From NCBI GenBank assembly GCA_017480745.1, contig JAFUSA010000017.1, forward strand, positions 16,174-80,173: a stretch of DNA of 64,000 nucleotides, written 5' to 3'. Below the pieces are notes generated by a model. The model was given only the letters and a program-made list of their open reading frames with translations, did not search any database and was not told the DNA's origin. This DNA is from Alphaproteobacteria bacterium. GTDB lineage: Bacteria; Pseudomonadota; Alphaproteobacteria; RF32; CAG-239. This document shows, piece after piece, positions 26,990 through 37,030 of this stretch (its first letter is position 1; each line of letters starts with the position of its first letter). The translations under genes and the position numbers were made by a program.

Positions 26990-28522
26990 TTATTTTTCTA
27001 TCAGTGACTGTCCGGTCATATCTGTCGGTTTGTCTATGCCTAACAAATCCAATAATGTTGGCGATACATCGGCTAAACGACCGTTTTTCAATCCTTTCAC
27101 CGTTTCCGGTGCATTGAATAACACGGCTTGAACTTTGCCCACGGTATGTGCTGTATAAGGTTGACCACTGATTTCATCAACCATTTTTTCAACATTACCA
27201 TGGTCTGCTGTTACAAACAACACTCCGTTAACATTTTTTATGGCTTGCATAACTCGACCGAGAGATTTATCAACTGCGGAAACCGCTTGCAACGCCGCCT
27301 CCATAATACCGGTATGACCAACCATATCTCCGTTGGCAAAATTGCAAATAATCGTATCATACTTTTTGCTTTCAATGGCTTCAATTAGCGCATCGGTAAC
27401 TTCATAAATACTCATTTCCGGTTTCAAATCATAAGTTGCCACTTTCGGACTATTAATCAAAATGCGATCTTCCCCTTCAAACATACGCTCTTCACCACCA
27501 TTAAAGAAAAACGTAACATGTGCGTATTTTTCTGTTTCGGCAATGCGAAGTTGTTTCATTCCGTGTTTGGCAATGATTTCTCCGTAAATATTTGTCAGTT
27601 GTTCAGGCGCAAAAACAGTTTTCATAAAGCGGTTATGATCAACCGAATATTCAGTCATACCGACATTTATGGAAAAATCAACTTTTTTATTGCGCGCAAA
27701 ACCTTCAAATTTTTCGTCAGACAGAGCATATAAAATTTCTCTTGCTCTATCTGCCCTAAAATTTGCCATAAATACGGCGTCGCCATCTTCGGCGCCTTTA
27801 TAATCACCGATTACACACGGCACGACAAATTCGTCTGTAACATTAGCGGCGTATGATTTATCCATAGCCTCATCAATCGAAGCATATCTCTCACCGTTAG
27901 CGGATACGATATTATTGTACGCAAGTTCAATTCTGTCCCAGCGCTTATCTCTATCCATTGCATAAAAACGACCGGATAAAGTTGCCACCTCAACATTTTG
28001 CATATTTTTAACGGCAGCGGAAAACTCGTCTAAAAATCCTTTCGCAGATGTCGGTGGAGTATCGCGACCATCTAAAAACGCGTGAACCTTTACCTTTATA
28101 CCGTTGCGATTCAAAATATCGCATAATGCCACAATATGTTCCTGATGCGAATGCACACCGCCCGGAGACATAAGACCCATTAAATGACAAACCTTCTTGT
28201 TATTTTTCAAAGTATCGATAAGTTCAAGCAAAACAGGATTTTTTTCCAAAGTATGTTCTTTTATTGCCTGATCTATTTTAGGTAAATCTTGCATAACAAC
28301 GCGGCCGGCACCCAAATTCATGTGTCCAACCTCAGAATTTCCCATCTGTCCGTCCGGTAATCCGACATCTAAACCGGAAGTCTCCACAAAGCAATGCGGA
28401 CAAGTTTTTAATAAACTATGCCAATTAGGCGTATTTCCTTTTTCTATTGCATTATCATCAGTAACTTTTTCTCTATATCCCCAACCGTCCAAAATAAGCA
28501 ACATAACCGGTTTTTGCATCAT
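26990..28522 (-). CDS. gpmI: 2,3-bisphosphoglycerate-independent phosphoglycerate mutase
   Basis: 510 aa. LLILDGWG, NSEVGHMNLGAGR, TADHGN. Confidence 0.95.
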   Translation of the reverse strand: MMQKPVMLLILDGWGYREKVTDDNAIEKGNTPNWHSLLKTCPHCFVETSGLDVGLPDGQMGNSEVGHMNLGAGRVVMQDLPKIDQAIKEHTLEKNPVLLELIDTLKNNKKVCHLMGLMSPGGVHSHQEHIVALCDILNRNGIKVKVHAFLDGRDTPPTSAKGFLDEFSAAVKNMQNVEVATLSGRFYAMDRDKRWDRIELAYNNIVSANGERYASIDEAMDKSYAANVTDEFVVPCVIGDYKGAEDGDAVFMANFRADRAREILYALSDEKFEGFARNKKVDFSINVGMTEYSVDHNRFMKTVFAPEQLTNIYGEIIAKHGMKQLRIAETEKYAHVTFFFNGGEERMFEGEDRILINSPKVATYDLKPEMSIYEVTDALIEAIESKKYDTIICNFANGDMVGHTGIMEAALQAVSAVDKSLGRVMQAIKNVNGVLFVTADHGNVEKMVDEISGQPYTAHTVGKVQAVLFNAPETVKGLKNGRLADVSPTLLDLLGIDKPTDMTGQSLIEK

Positions 28523-28702
28523 TATTCCCTTTCATTCAACTAAATATCACTTTGCTTACATTATATATAATAAAATAAAATTAAAAAGCACTATTTATTA
28601 TTTTATAAACAGGCTTACGTTAATTACGCAAGAGTTTTAAGAATTTTATTGACATCTTGCCTGATAATTAATAAACTATGTTAAAATTTTAGGGTTTAAA
28701 GT

Positions 28703-29818
28703 ATGAAAAAATATTTACTTTTATTTTCTATGGTGTTTGTAACCTCTCAGGCCGCAGCCGGTGAGGTTATTTATGATTATTCCGGATTTGCTAACGGTTT
28801 TTACGGTTACAGCAATTACAGCGATAAATACCGACAAAAATATAAGCATCATCACACTCCGGTAAGCGCAGAAATATATACTTCGGCAGGATATCAATTT
28901 GACAATGATAATATATTGAAGTTAGGTGCAGACTTTCAAATTGCCGGCGGAAAAGAAATTGAAGATTATAATCATGGAACATGGGGAGAAAATTTGTATG
29001 CTTCATATTTTTCCGAATACGGAGAGTTGAGTGTCGGACAAATATATAACGCTGCATATCAATTAGCAGTCGGTGCGCCGGCTGTTGGTGCATTTCGCGT
29101 TAATAATTCGCCGATAACAGATTTTATAGCCAACCCTAACTGGCAACGTCACAGCCGTATTACATCGTATCGCACTCTTAATTCAACGTTTCTAAATACA
29201 GATGCAGACGCTTTCAAATTCAGTTATATTTCTCCCGAATTTTATCATAGCAAAATAGCCGTATCATACACACCTGATAGTTATTCTAAAGCAGGTTTAA
29301 TAAACAAACACAGTAAGTATGATAATCGCAGTTCTTATTCAGCCGGTTTATATAATGATTTTGACTTGGATTTTGTAGAAATAGAAACTTCATTGGGTTA
29401 TGCATATAACCGCAAAAACAATCAGGAAATATCAGCCGGACTGAGTTTATATCGCAAAGGATGGACTTTGGGCGGGTCATATCGTAAAAGTTTTACCACC
29501 GGTAACGATTATGAACTAAATTTGCAATCTTCTGATTTTACGCCTTATTATTTTGACGGCTACCGTCGCTCGCAAGCTTTTAATGCGGGAATAAGTTACG
29601 AAATAGGTCCGCTTACCACCGGAATATCTTATTTTTACTCGATGGCTGACAAAACAGATAATAAGGATAAAATATTGACTTTTGCCAACCGTTTTGCTTT
29701 TAATAAATATTTAGCACTGTATTTAACCGCTGCTTATGCCGAGTATTCCGGCAACAAAGATTATGTTTCCGGCAATCGAGGATATGCCTTTATAAGTGGT
29801 ATTGAGCTTAATTTTTGA
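28703..29818 (+). CDS. Outer-membrane beta-barrel porin-like protein
   Basis: 371 aa. Signal peptide, alternating aromatic/polar beta pattern, C-terminal ...GIELNF. Confidence 0.5.
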   Translation: MKKYLLLFSMVFVTSQAAAGEVIYDYSGFANGFYGYSNYSDKYRQKYKHHHTPVSAEIYTSAGYQFDNDNILKLGADFQIAGGKEIEDYNHGTWGENLYASYFSEYGELSVGQIYNAAYQLAVGAPAVGAFRVNNSPITDFIANPNWQRHSRITSYRTLNSTFLNTDADAFKFSYISPEFYHSKIAVSYTPDSYSKAGLINKHSKYDNRSSYSAGLYNDFDLDFVEIETSLGYAYNRKNNQEISAGLSLYRKGWTLGGSYRKSFTTGNDYELNLQSSDFTPYYFDGYRRSQAFNAGISYEIGPLTTGISYFYSMADKTDNKDKILTFANRFAFNKYLALYLTAAYAEYSGNKDYVSGNRGYAFISGIELNF

Positions 29819-29828
29819 GGAATAACCG

Positions 29829-30437
29829 ATGGTAAATATTATGCTTTGTTCAGATAATACCGATTTTGCCGACGATTTACAAAATCAAATCAGTCGCTTT
29901 GTAACTAAGGCATCTTTTTCAGCGGAATTGCCGGATATCATAATAATAGACGACAATTTATCGGCCTACGCCCAACAAAGGGAAAAACACTCCTCTGTTC
30001 CGATTATTTTTATGGCCGGAAAAAACTCTATAAATCAGGATAATCTGAACATAGCCATACGCAAACCTTTTTCCCTGATAAAGCTGTTAGATATCATTAA
30101 AGCCGCAAACAACAAATTAGATAATTCTACCGATGGATACTTAATCTTTAACGGCTATGAATTACACCCGAATAAGAGAGAAATCCTTGATTTAGAAAGC
30201 AATGAAACCACTAAATTAACAGAAAAAGAGGTTGATATTATAAAATACCTATATAAGGCGTATCCTGAATATGTCAGTAAAACCGATTTACAGACAAATG
30301 TTTGGAAATATAACGGAGATGTGGCAACGCATACTATTGAAACTCATATTTATCGCTTGCGTCAAAAAGCAGAAAAAAATTCTTCTCATCGTTTAATTCT
30401 AACCGAAAATGGCGGATATAAACTTAATGCGGACTAA
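29829..30437 (+). CDS. OmpR/PhoB-family response regulator (no cognate kinase adjacent)
   Basis: Receiver features IIIIDD, IRKPF. C-terminal winged helix ...HTIETHIYRLRQK. Confidence 0.65.
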   Translation: MVNIMLCSDNTDFADDLQNQISRFVTKASFSAELPDIIIIDDNLSAYAQQREKHSSVPIIFMAGKNSINQDNLNIAIRKPFSLIKLLDIIKAANNKLDNSTDGYLIFNGYELHPNKREILDLESNETTKLTEKEVDIIKYLYKAYPEYVSKTDLQTNVWKYNGDVATHTIETHIYRLRQKAEKNSSHRLILTENGGYKLNAD

Positions 30438-30440
30438 AAA

Positions 30441-31211
30441 ATGCCCAAGAATATGACCTTAAAACAAGAAAAAAAGCTTCATCTGCGTGCACAAAAAATA
30501 TTTAAAGAAGCGAATCGCTTTCTTGTTACAAACTTTCGCTTTGTATCGTGTGTATTTATTATTAACATGATATATATGCTGGTATTTAAAGCTATAATCG
30601 GTGGAATTTCAAACCCTTTAAGTATTTTATGGATTATTTCCTATTATATTTTCTGGTGTTCGTTTTATCGATATTACTATCACCTCAAACCCTATATATT
30701 AAGCAAAACAATTTTCGGCAGTCTGAATCCGTCTGTTAAAGCGCTGGTTATTTTATTTTCTCTGACAATTACTATTGCCCTGATTCCGATGATTCCGTTT
30801 TTCTTAGGATTTAATGACCTATATATAAATATCTACGAAAACTATTTACAAAAACTAAGCCAAATATCAGACAATAGTGCCGAACCGGCAGATATAGCCA
30901 CGATTTTAACTATTTACGGACTTATGGCACTTGCTTCACCAACATTGATTTGTAAGCCTTATTTGGCGTGGATATCTTCTTTACGAGGGATGAATTCATC
31001 GTTTAAAAAAGTTGCGAATCGAGCCGGTGGAAATTATTGGCAATTTGTTATTATCTCTGCCGTGTTGCTATATGTTGAAGCATTTGGCAACCAATTAGAT
31101 AAAATAATGCAATGCCAAAACTGGCTTCAATACACTATCAGCACCACTGTGTTTGTATATACCAATATTGTTTTTGCTAAAATTTATGATTTCTTTTATA
31201 TAAAGCACTAA
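30441..31211 (+). CDS. Polytopic membrane protein, unknown function
   Basis: 256 aa, about six hydrophobic helices. Confidence 0.45.
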   Translation: MPKNMTLKQEKKLHLRAQKIFKEANRFLVTNFRFVSCVFIINMIYMLVFKAIIGGISNPLSILWIISYYIFWCSFYRYYYHLKPYILSKTIFGSLNPSVKALVILFSLTITIALIPMIPFFLGFNDLYINIYENYLQKLSQISDNSAEPADIATILTIYGLMALASPTLICKPYLAWISSLRGMNSSFKKVANRAGGNYWQFVIISAVLLYVEAFGNQLDKIMQCQNWLQYTISTTVFVYTNIVFAKIYDFFYIKH

Positions 31212-32182
31212 TGCCTCTGATGCCACATCAAACACAACAGGCGACATTTGCTTTTAAACGATAAATGATTGAAATTTACTATATTTTCCGCGGTTAACTT
31301 TTTATATTCTTTTTTGAAGTATTTTTCTAATTCGTCGCGATTCTCTGCACTTTTAGATATTTTGGAAAGCACCATTTTTAACGAAACACTGACACGTTTG
31401 TTTTGCACCAACTTCCATTGCTCTGCATCGCCTTTCTGTTGAAAATAATTATATACATGATATATCCCGACCATATAGTCGTGTATTTTTTTCACAGAAA
31501 ACGGGCTACGGGTAATAGACGGACATCCGGCATTATACATATACAATTTTTCATTAATAACAGCCATAGTTTTTAACGATGAAACCAAACAGGTTATAAA
31601 AGGCCAATCTTCAAACGATATTCCTTCAATAAAACGAGCCGATTTAATACAGTCGGCACGAAAAAGCTTATTCCATGCCACAGAAGAAACAATTCTGTAT
31701 TTATACAAATCTCGCAAAGGGTTTGCACTTAATTTATATTTAGTATCTTGTACCGGCAAAAAATTGTCGGAAATTACATAATTTTCATCATAAAATTTAT
31801 TAAAATCAGATGAAATAATTAAAGGAGCGTTTGTTTTGAGCGCCACATTATAAAAAATATCAAGCGTTTGCGGATGCAAGAAATCATCAGAATCCAAAAA
31901 GAAAATATACTCCCCGTTAGCCATATCAAGACCGACATTACGTGCTGCTGATAGTCCTCTGTTAGGTTGTGAAACGATTCGTAAACGTTTATCCTTGGCA
32001 GCATATTCTTTTAAAATTGTTGGACAACCGTCTTCCGAACCGTCATTTATACAAATAATCTCTATGTTGGTAAAAGTTTGCATAAGCACACTATCCAAGC
32101 AACGCGGTAAAAATTTTTCCACGTTATAAACCGGAATAACCACAGAAATATCACACTTTGGATTGCTTACCATTTTTCTCAA
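31208..32182 (-). CDS. Family-2 glycosyltransferase
   Basis: ISVVIPVYNVEKFLPRCLDSVLMQTF...INDGSEDG...FLDSDD. Confidence 0.85.
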   Translation of the reverse strand: MRKMVSNPKCDISVVIPVYNVEKFLPRCLDSVLMQTFTNIEIICINDGSEDGCPTILKEYAAKDKRLRIVSQPNRGLSAARNVGLDMANGEYIFFLDSDDFLHPQTLDIFYNVALKTNAPLIISSDFNKFYDENYVISDNFLPVQDTKYKLSANPLRDLYKYRIVSSVAWNKLFRADCIKSARFIEGISFEDWPFITCLVSSLKTMAVINEKLYMYNAGCPSITRSPFSVKKIHDYMVGIYHVYNYFQQKGDAEQWKLVQNKRVSVSLKMVLSKISKSAENRDELEKYFKKEYKKLTAENIVNFNHLSFKSKCRLLCLMWHQRH

Positions 32183-32283
32183 AACTCAATACAACTTTTT
32201 ATTACATATAATAGTCTTTTGTATAAAAGTCAAACAAAATATCTAAACAAAAAGAACTTTTTTCTCTGCCCCAAAAAAGAATA

Positions 32284-33081
32284 TCACTTCCAATAGTTCC
32301 TAATCCATGTGGTTGGTAAAACATGCTTATATATTTTTTTTAATCCATGGGGAGCTTTTATATTTTCCTCCTTACACCAAATTCCATGCAACGCTTCCGG
32401 AATGCCGGTAACTCCATGAAAAACAATCATTTTTAGTCCGACAACTTTCGGTATTTTAGGAACAATAAAATATCTTAACAACGGATGCGGCATACAATGA
32501 AAGCGAAAACTTTTGAACCAATTATCCGGCCAAAATTTTAAATTGCCATACTTTTCTATAACTTTGGCAGATAAATACTCTTGCGAAGCAGTTCCGTATT
32601 TTTGCCACACTTCATCAGAATGTTTTTCAAAATATTCTTTCACAAAACCCAATGTCCCCACAACAAAAGAATAACAACTTGCCTGTCCTACTGTATTTTT
32701 TCGCCTTCCGTGCCGATGTCTCCAATCATTGATAATGTAAAAATTTTCATTTTGCGGATACCGGAATAATTCATCTAAATTATCAACAATTAAAGAATCT
32801 AAATCAAAGAAAAATACTCTTTTTCCGCCTAAATTTCCTAAATTATTATCACACAAAGCTGCTTCTTTCAAATATCCGCTATATTGATATTTTTCATTCA
32901 CGGCAAATTCCGGCAAAGGTTTAACAATAATTTCTTGTTCCAAATTTATACAATCATCTGTAAAGCAATAAAAATCAATATCATACGAAGTATTTCGTTT
33001 AATGGCACGAAACAATTTATTTACATCATCTGCGTTGTAACATGTTCCCCATTTTATACAAATAACATTAATCGCCGTCAT
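32284..33081 (-). CDS. Putative nucleotide-sugar transferase (DxD)
   Basis: 265 aa. VICIKWGTCYNADDVNKL... and FFFDLDSLIV (DxD-like). 1-nt overlap with the upstream GT2. Confidence 0.4.
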   Translation of the reverse strand: MTAINVICIKWGTCYNADDVNKLFRAIKRNTSYDIDFYCFTDDCINLEQEIIVKPLPEFAVNEKYQYSGYLKEAALCDNNLGNLGGKRVFFFDLDSLIVDNLDELFRYPQNENFYIINDWRHRHGRRKNTVGQASCYSFVVGTLGFVKEYFEKHSDEVWQKYGTASQEYLSAKVIEKYGNLKFWPDNWFKSFRFHCMPHPLLRYFIVPKIPKVVGLKMIVFHGVTGIPEALHGIWCKEENIKAPHGLKKIYKHVLPTTWIRNYWK

Positions 33082-34040
33082 TACTTTATTCCTTTCAATA
33101 ACATTTCAGGACAACCTTTTTTTAAACTTAAAATAACAATACCCATTTTCCATAAACGATATTTTGTTTTAAGATTTAAAGCAGATATTTCTATAATATT
33201 TTCAGCGCAAAGCTTGAAAATTTCACTATGTAAATATCTGACTAAATCTTTATCTGATTTACTTTTATAAACTTTGTTAACCAACATGTTTATTGCTCGT
33301 AAAATTCGGCAATTTGCCAATTCAAGCAAATCTGTATGTTTGAAAAAGTTATATACATAGCGCACACCGATAATGTAACTTTTTATTTTGTGTAAGTTAA
33401 ACGGACTGCGTGTTGTAGAAATGTGGGAAGTATCGTAAATATATAATGGTATGGAGATTGAAGCATAATTTTTAATTGTTCCAAACAACGTTGTAATAAA
33501 CGGCCAATCTTCAAAATATATTCCTTCAATAAAACTTTTTTCCTTGATAACCGAAGCTTTGTATAATTTATTACAGGCGGAAGACGCTATTTTCGGGTGT
33601 TTTACAAGTTCCGAAAGAGGAAAATCATATAACTTCCAAGCAAACTTATATACATGATAAATATTTTCTTTTTCCGCCGGTAAAATTTCATCAGAAACAA
33701 CAACATCAGCCTGTGATAAATTTGCTGTTTTTATAAATATTTCCAAAGCTTCTCTCGGTAAATAATCATCAGAATCTAAAAAAAATACATACTCGCCTCT
33801 TGCTTTTTCAAGACCTCTGTTACGAGCTACTGATTGTCCGGCATTTGCTTGATTAATCAATTTAAATTTATTGTTTTTTGTGGTATATTCCTCTAAAATA
33901 TGCAGGCTTCCATCTGTGGAACCATCGTTTATTAAAATAACTTCATAATCGCTGAACGTCTGTTGCAATAATGAATCTAAACAGCGTTCCAGCAGTGTTG
34001 CCGTATTATAAACAGGAATAATTACAGATATCTTAGGCAT
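33081..34040 (-). CDS. Family-2 glycosyltransferase
   Basis: ISVIIPVYNTATLLERCLDSLLQQTF...INDGSTDG...FLDSDD. Paralogue of 31208-32182. Confidence 0.85.
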   Translation of the reverse strand: MPKISVIIPVYNTATLLERCLDSLLQQTFSDYEVILINDGSTDGSLHILEEYTTKNNKFKLINQANAGQSVARNRGLEKARGEYVFFLDSDDYLPREALEIFIKTANLSQADVVVSDEILPAEKENIYHVYKFAWKLYDFPLSELVKHPKIASSACNKLYKASVIKEKSFIEGIYFEDWPFITTLFGTIKNYASISIPLYIYDTSHISTTRSPFNLHKIKSYIIGVRYVYNFFKHTDLLELANCRILRAINMLVNKVYKSKSDKDLVRYLHSEIFKLCAENIIEISALNLKTKYRLWKMGIVILSLKKGCPEMLLKGIK

Positions 34041-34063
34041 TTTATCTCCTTAATTGGTTGCAT

Positions 34064-34257
34064 AAAAAACCGCCAAACGGCGGCCGGGAGTTGAAAAATC
34101 ATGCAATACTATGTGATCCTGTTAGTCTTTAGGTTGACACCCCGTACATCCACCAACAGCTCCCAACCAAAGTCGGAAACACATTTATAAACCTTATAAC
34201 GATGCAGTCAGCACCGAGTATTGCAAGAGCTTTTCAAGGCCCTGAACCGAAGTTCTG
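34064..34257 (-). promoter_or_regulatory. Structured 5' leader, copy D (riboswitch-like, ends in terminator) upstream of the glycosyltransferase operon
   Basis: Same helices and conserved loops as the copies at 37031, 44307 and 58386. Terminator GCCGCCGTTTGGCGGT + T6 lies about 20 nt before the RBS. TATAAT-type -10 at about 34263-34275. Confidence 0.7.
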
Positions 34258-34364
34258 TATTTATTATATTATAATCTCAGCAAAAGTAAAGCTCTTTTTA
34301 CACAAGTCACAACAAAAGCACCGCCGATAAAAACCGGCGGTACATATTGATTTTGTGTCAAAAA

Positions 34365-34976
34365 CTATAAATCACCGAAATTATATCTCAAACCGGCTAA
34401 AATTTCATGCGCTTCTGATTTGAAAGTTGATTTTTCATAAGCACCTAAGCTATTGGTATGAGTTCTGTTAGAATCTAAATATCTGACATAACGGTAACCA
34501 AAATCAAAAGACAAATTTTCATTTATATCATAAACAACACCGGCACCTAAATTATAAGCAAAATCATCGCGATTTTTCTTATATGTCGGAGTTACAAACT
34601 GAGCACGTCCGTAACCGATACCACCACCGATATAAGGCATAACCGGCTGATTTATATCAAAATCGAAGTATGTATTGAGAAAGAAAGCTTGCGTCTTGGC
34701 AATATTATTATGATTATTTTTCTTTTTTTCCGCATTAGCATTTTTAGCATATTCAATTTCTGTGCGCCAATTACCGGCGTTGAAAGATTTTTGAAGACCG
34801 GCAGCAAAATTGGCACCGACAACATTGTTGTCTATTTTATATGCTTTACCATTTTGGACTTTAACCGAATTTTGCGAAAAAACCATTTTTGCTTTTGCAC
34901 TGATATAAGGAGAAACTGCGTAAGAGTTAGTGGCCACGAAGCAGGACAAAGCAATTAATAACGCTGTTTTTTTCAT
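34365..34976 (-). CDS. Small outer-membrane beta-barrel protein (OmpA-like/Omp25-type barrel)
   Basis: 203 aa. Signal peptide, beta-strand periodicity, C-terminal ...AGLRYNFGDL. Confidence 0.65.
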   Translation of the reverse strand: MKKTALLIALSCFVATNSYAVSPYISAKAKMVFSQNSVKVQNGKAYKIDNNVVGANFAAGLQKSFNAGNWRTEIEYAKNANAEKKKNNHNNIAKTQAFFLNTYFDFDINQPVMPYIGGGIGYGRAQFVTPTYKKNRDDFAYNLGAGVVYDINENLSFDFGYRYVRYLDSNRTHTNSLGAYEKSTFKSEAHEILAGLRYNFGDL

Positions 34977-35135
34977 AATATGTTCCTTTCATAAATTGCA
35001 ACTGTGTTCCTTGTATAATACTTTTTTACGTATGTCAAATATTTTTATTCAATAATAAGTAGAAAATTTTAGTTGCAGTTTATGATATTGCGTATATAAT
35101 GAACAAAAAGATAATTTTAATGGGGGAATAATACA

Positions 35136-35510
35136 ATGGAATTTTACAAATGCAACCGTTGCGGTAATATAATTGCTTACGCTAAAAAATCGGGTGTTGC
35201 GGTTGTTTGCTGTGGTGAACCTATGCAACAAATCAGCGAAAACACAGTTGAGGCCTCGCACGAAAAGCATATTCCGGTTGTTGCTCGCGATGGTATGAAA
35301 ATAACCGTAAATGTAGGAAGTGTAGCGCACCCGATGGAAGCTGCTCATTATATTGAATGGATAGCCATTGAAACAGATAACGGCAATCAACGCAAAGTAT
35401 TAAATCCGGGAGATTCGCCGGAAGCGGTTTTTTATGTGGCCGAAGACACAAAATTGATCAAAGCTTGCGCTTATTGCAATTTACACGGTTTGTGGAGCGT
35501 TTCCTTTTAG
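35136..35510 (+). CDS. dfx: Desulfoferrodoxin (2Fe superoxide reductase)
   Basis: N-terminal desulforedoxin CNRCGN...VCCGEPM. SOR centre ...EKHIPV...HPMEAAHYIEWI...CNLHGLW. Confidence 0.9.
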   Translation: MEFYKCNRCGNIIAYAKKSGVAVVCCGEPMQQISENTVEASHEKHIPVVARDGMKITVNVGSVAHPMEAAHYIEWIAIETDNGNQRKVLNPGDSPEAVFYVAEDTKLIKACAYCNLHGLWSVSF

Positions 35511-35522
35511 TTGAGGTTTAAA

Positions 35523-36065
35523 ATGAGTTTTTACGATTACGAAATAATTACTCCGAAAAATGAAAAAATATCTTTGCAAAAATATGCCGGCAAAGTTGTT
35601 TTGGTGGTAAACACGGCAACCGGTTGCGGCTTTACTCCTCAATATGAACAGTTGCAAAAATTATATGACAAATTTCATGAACAGGGATTGGAAATTATAG
35701 ATATTCCATGTAATCAATTCTATGGTCAGGCACCGGGAAGTGATGACGAAATTCACGAATTTTGCACTTTGCACTATAACACTAAGTTTCCGCAAATGAA
35801 AAAATCTGATGTTAACGGTGCAAACGCCCTGCCATTGTTTACATTTTTGAAGGCCGAAAAAGGTTTTACCGGATTTGGCGAAAGTAAAGAAGCGGAAGAT
35901 TTTGCCCGTTTCATTAAAAGTGTTTTTAACGACTACGAAGAAACAGATGATATTAAATGGAACTTTACCAAGTTTGTTATAGATCGTAACGGGCGTGTAC
36001 GTGCTCGTTTTGAACCAATTATAGATATGCAGGAACTTGAAGAATATATTGAAGCTATAATTTAA
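35523..36065 (+). CDS. Glutathione peroxidase-family peroxidase
   Basis: VVLVVNTATGCGFTPQYEQLQKLY, ...WNFTKFVIDRNG. Confidence 0.9.
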   Translation: MSFYDYEIITPKNEKISLQKYAGKVVLVVNTATGCGFTPQYEQLQKLYDKFHEQGLEIIDIPCNQFYGQAPGSDDEIHEFCTLHYNTKFPQMKKSDVNGANALPLFTFLKAEKGFTGFGESKEAEDFARFIKSVFNDYEETDDIKWNFTKFVIDRNGRVRARFEPIIDMQELEEYIEAII

Positions 36066-36086
36066 CATTTTTCATAGTAAACTTCT

Positions 36087-36111
36087 GCCGGCGCTTATGA
36101 TGAGCGCCGGC
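36087..36111. terminator. Bidirectional GC hairpin
   Basis: GCCGGCGCT-loop-AGCGCCGGC between convergent genes. Confidence 0.65.
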
Positions 36112-36135
36112 GGATTTGCTTAAATGTCTTTATTT

Positions 36136-36996
36136 TTAATCATCGTATGTTGTTAAGCCGTCCGACCACAAAGAATAATCGACATCAAACATAAAAGAGA
36201 TGTATTTACCTTCTGCGTCTCCTTCTGACTCAAACAGATCTGCACAGAATTTAACGGCATTATCTACCGATAGCGGAACTTTGGCAGTTATTTCTCCGGA
36301 TTTTGCCACATCGGTATAAACAAACACGACTCCGGCCGATGTCCAATCTTGGCTCAACAGTTCAATACATGCTTCTTCATTATCTCCAATAGTATAATTG
36401 ATGTAAAACGCCTGACGATCACCATCTTTGGCTTTATCTGCTGCATATAAACCAACCCCACCACCGAAAGGATTGGTAATAGACATAATCTTACCATCAG
36501 TTACGGTAATCATTTCATCAGGGAATATTTTGGCTTTTTTAACTATCGGACAGCCATTGTTATCATGGGTTGGTTTTCCGTCTGCATCAACGGAAGCTCC
36601 ATCGCAACCGGAGGCGATGCAAGTGCCATCACTATTACTATCACAACGCGCCCCGATATAGTTCTTCTGTGGTCCCCAAAAGGCACGAATATTACCGGCA
36701 ATGAGAGTTATTTGCTCAATGGTTTTGTTGATGCGATATTTAGTCATCGCCTTGCTGTATCCGGCGATTCCTCCAACAGAGAGAACGCCAATAATGGCTA
36801 ACACGCCCAACATCTCAATCATTGACCGTCCGGACTGCGTGGCAAAACCACACTTATAGTCATGCCTCGATTCCGCAGGAATCGTCAAGGCATCTTCCGC
36901 TTGATTAAAATTAATTTGAAGATCCCTTGATGCATTCGCCTTTGCAAGGCTATGCGAGGGATGACTCTTTATATTTTTAATTTCTAAGTTTCTCAT
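36136..36996 (-). CDS. Type IV pilin-like protein (prepilin-type N-terminal domain) with unusually long 56-aa leader
   Basis: ...QSG|RSMIEMLGVLAIIGVLSVGGIAGYSKAM: Gly-1, Glu+5, and a hydrophobic helix. Cys-rich variable C-domain. Paralogues at 43627, 58617 and 63839. Confidence 0.7.
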   Translation of the reverse strand: MRNLEIKNIKSHPSHSLAKANASRDLQINFNQAEDALTIPAESRHDYKCGFATQSGRSMIEMLGVLAIIGVLSVGGIAGYSKAMTKYRINKTIEQITLIAGNIRAFWGPQKNYIGARCDSNSDGTCIASGCDGASVDADGKPTHDNNGCPIVKKAKIFPDEMITVTDGKIMSITNPFGGGVGLYAADKAKDGDRQAFYINYTIGDNEEACIELLSQDWTSAGVVFVYTDVAKSGEITAKVPLSVDNAVKFCADLFESEGDAEGKYISFMFDVDYSLWSDGLTTYDD

Positions 36997-37030
36997 AATT
37001 TCATCTCCTAAAATTAAGTGTTAACACATT

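Noticed and set aside
35049-36068. Minus-strand ORFs of 113, 72 and 135 aa (35049-35390, 35233-35451, 35661-36068).
   Set aside because: They are antisense to the clearly recognisable desulfoferrodoxin and glutathione peroxidase genes, and have no SD or motifs.
37018-37027. Perfect 10-bp palindrome GTGTTAACAC between terminator and RBS in leader copies A and B (also at 58587-58596), a possible operator.
   Set aside because: It is present only in the two most similar paralogues, whose whole 3' leader and 5' coding region are near-identical. Shared ancestry explains it, and there is no independent evidence of function.
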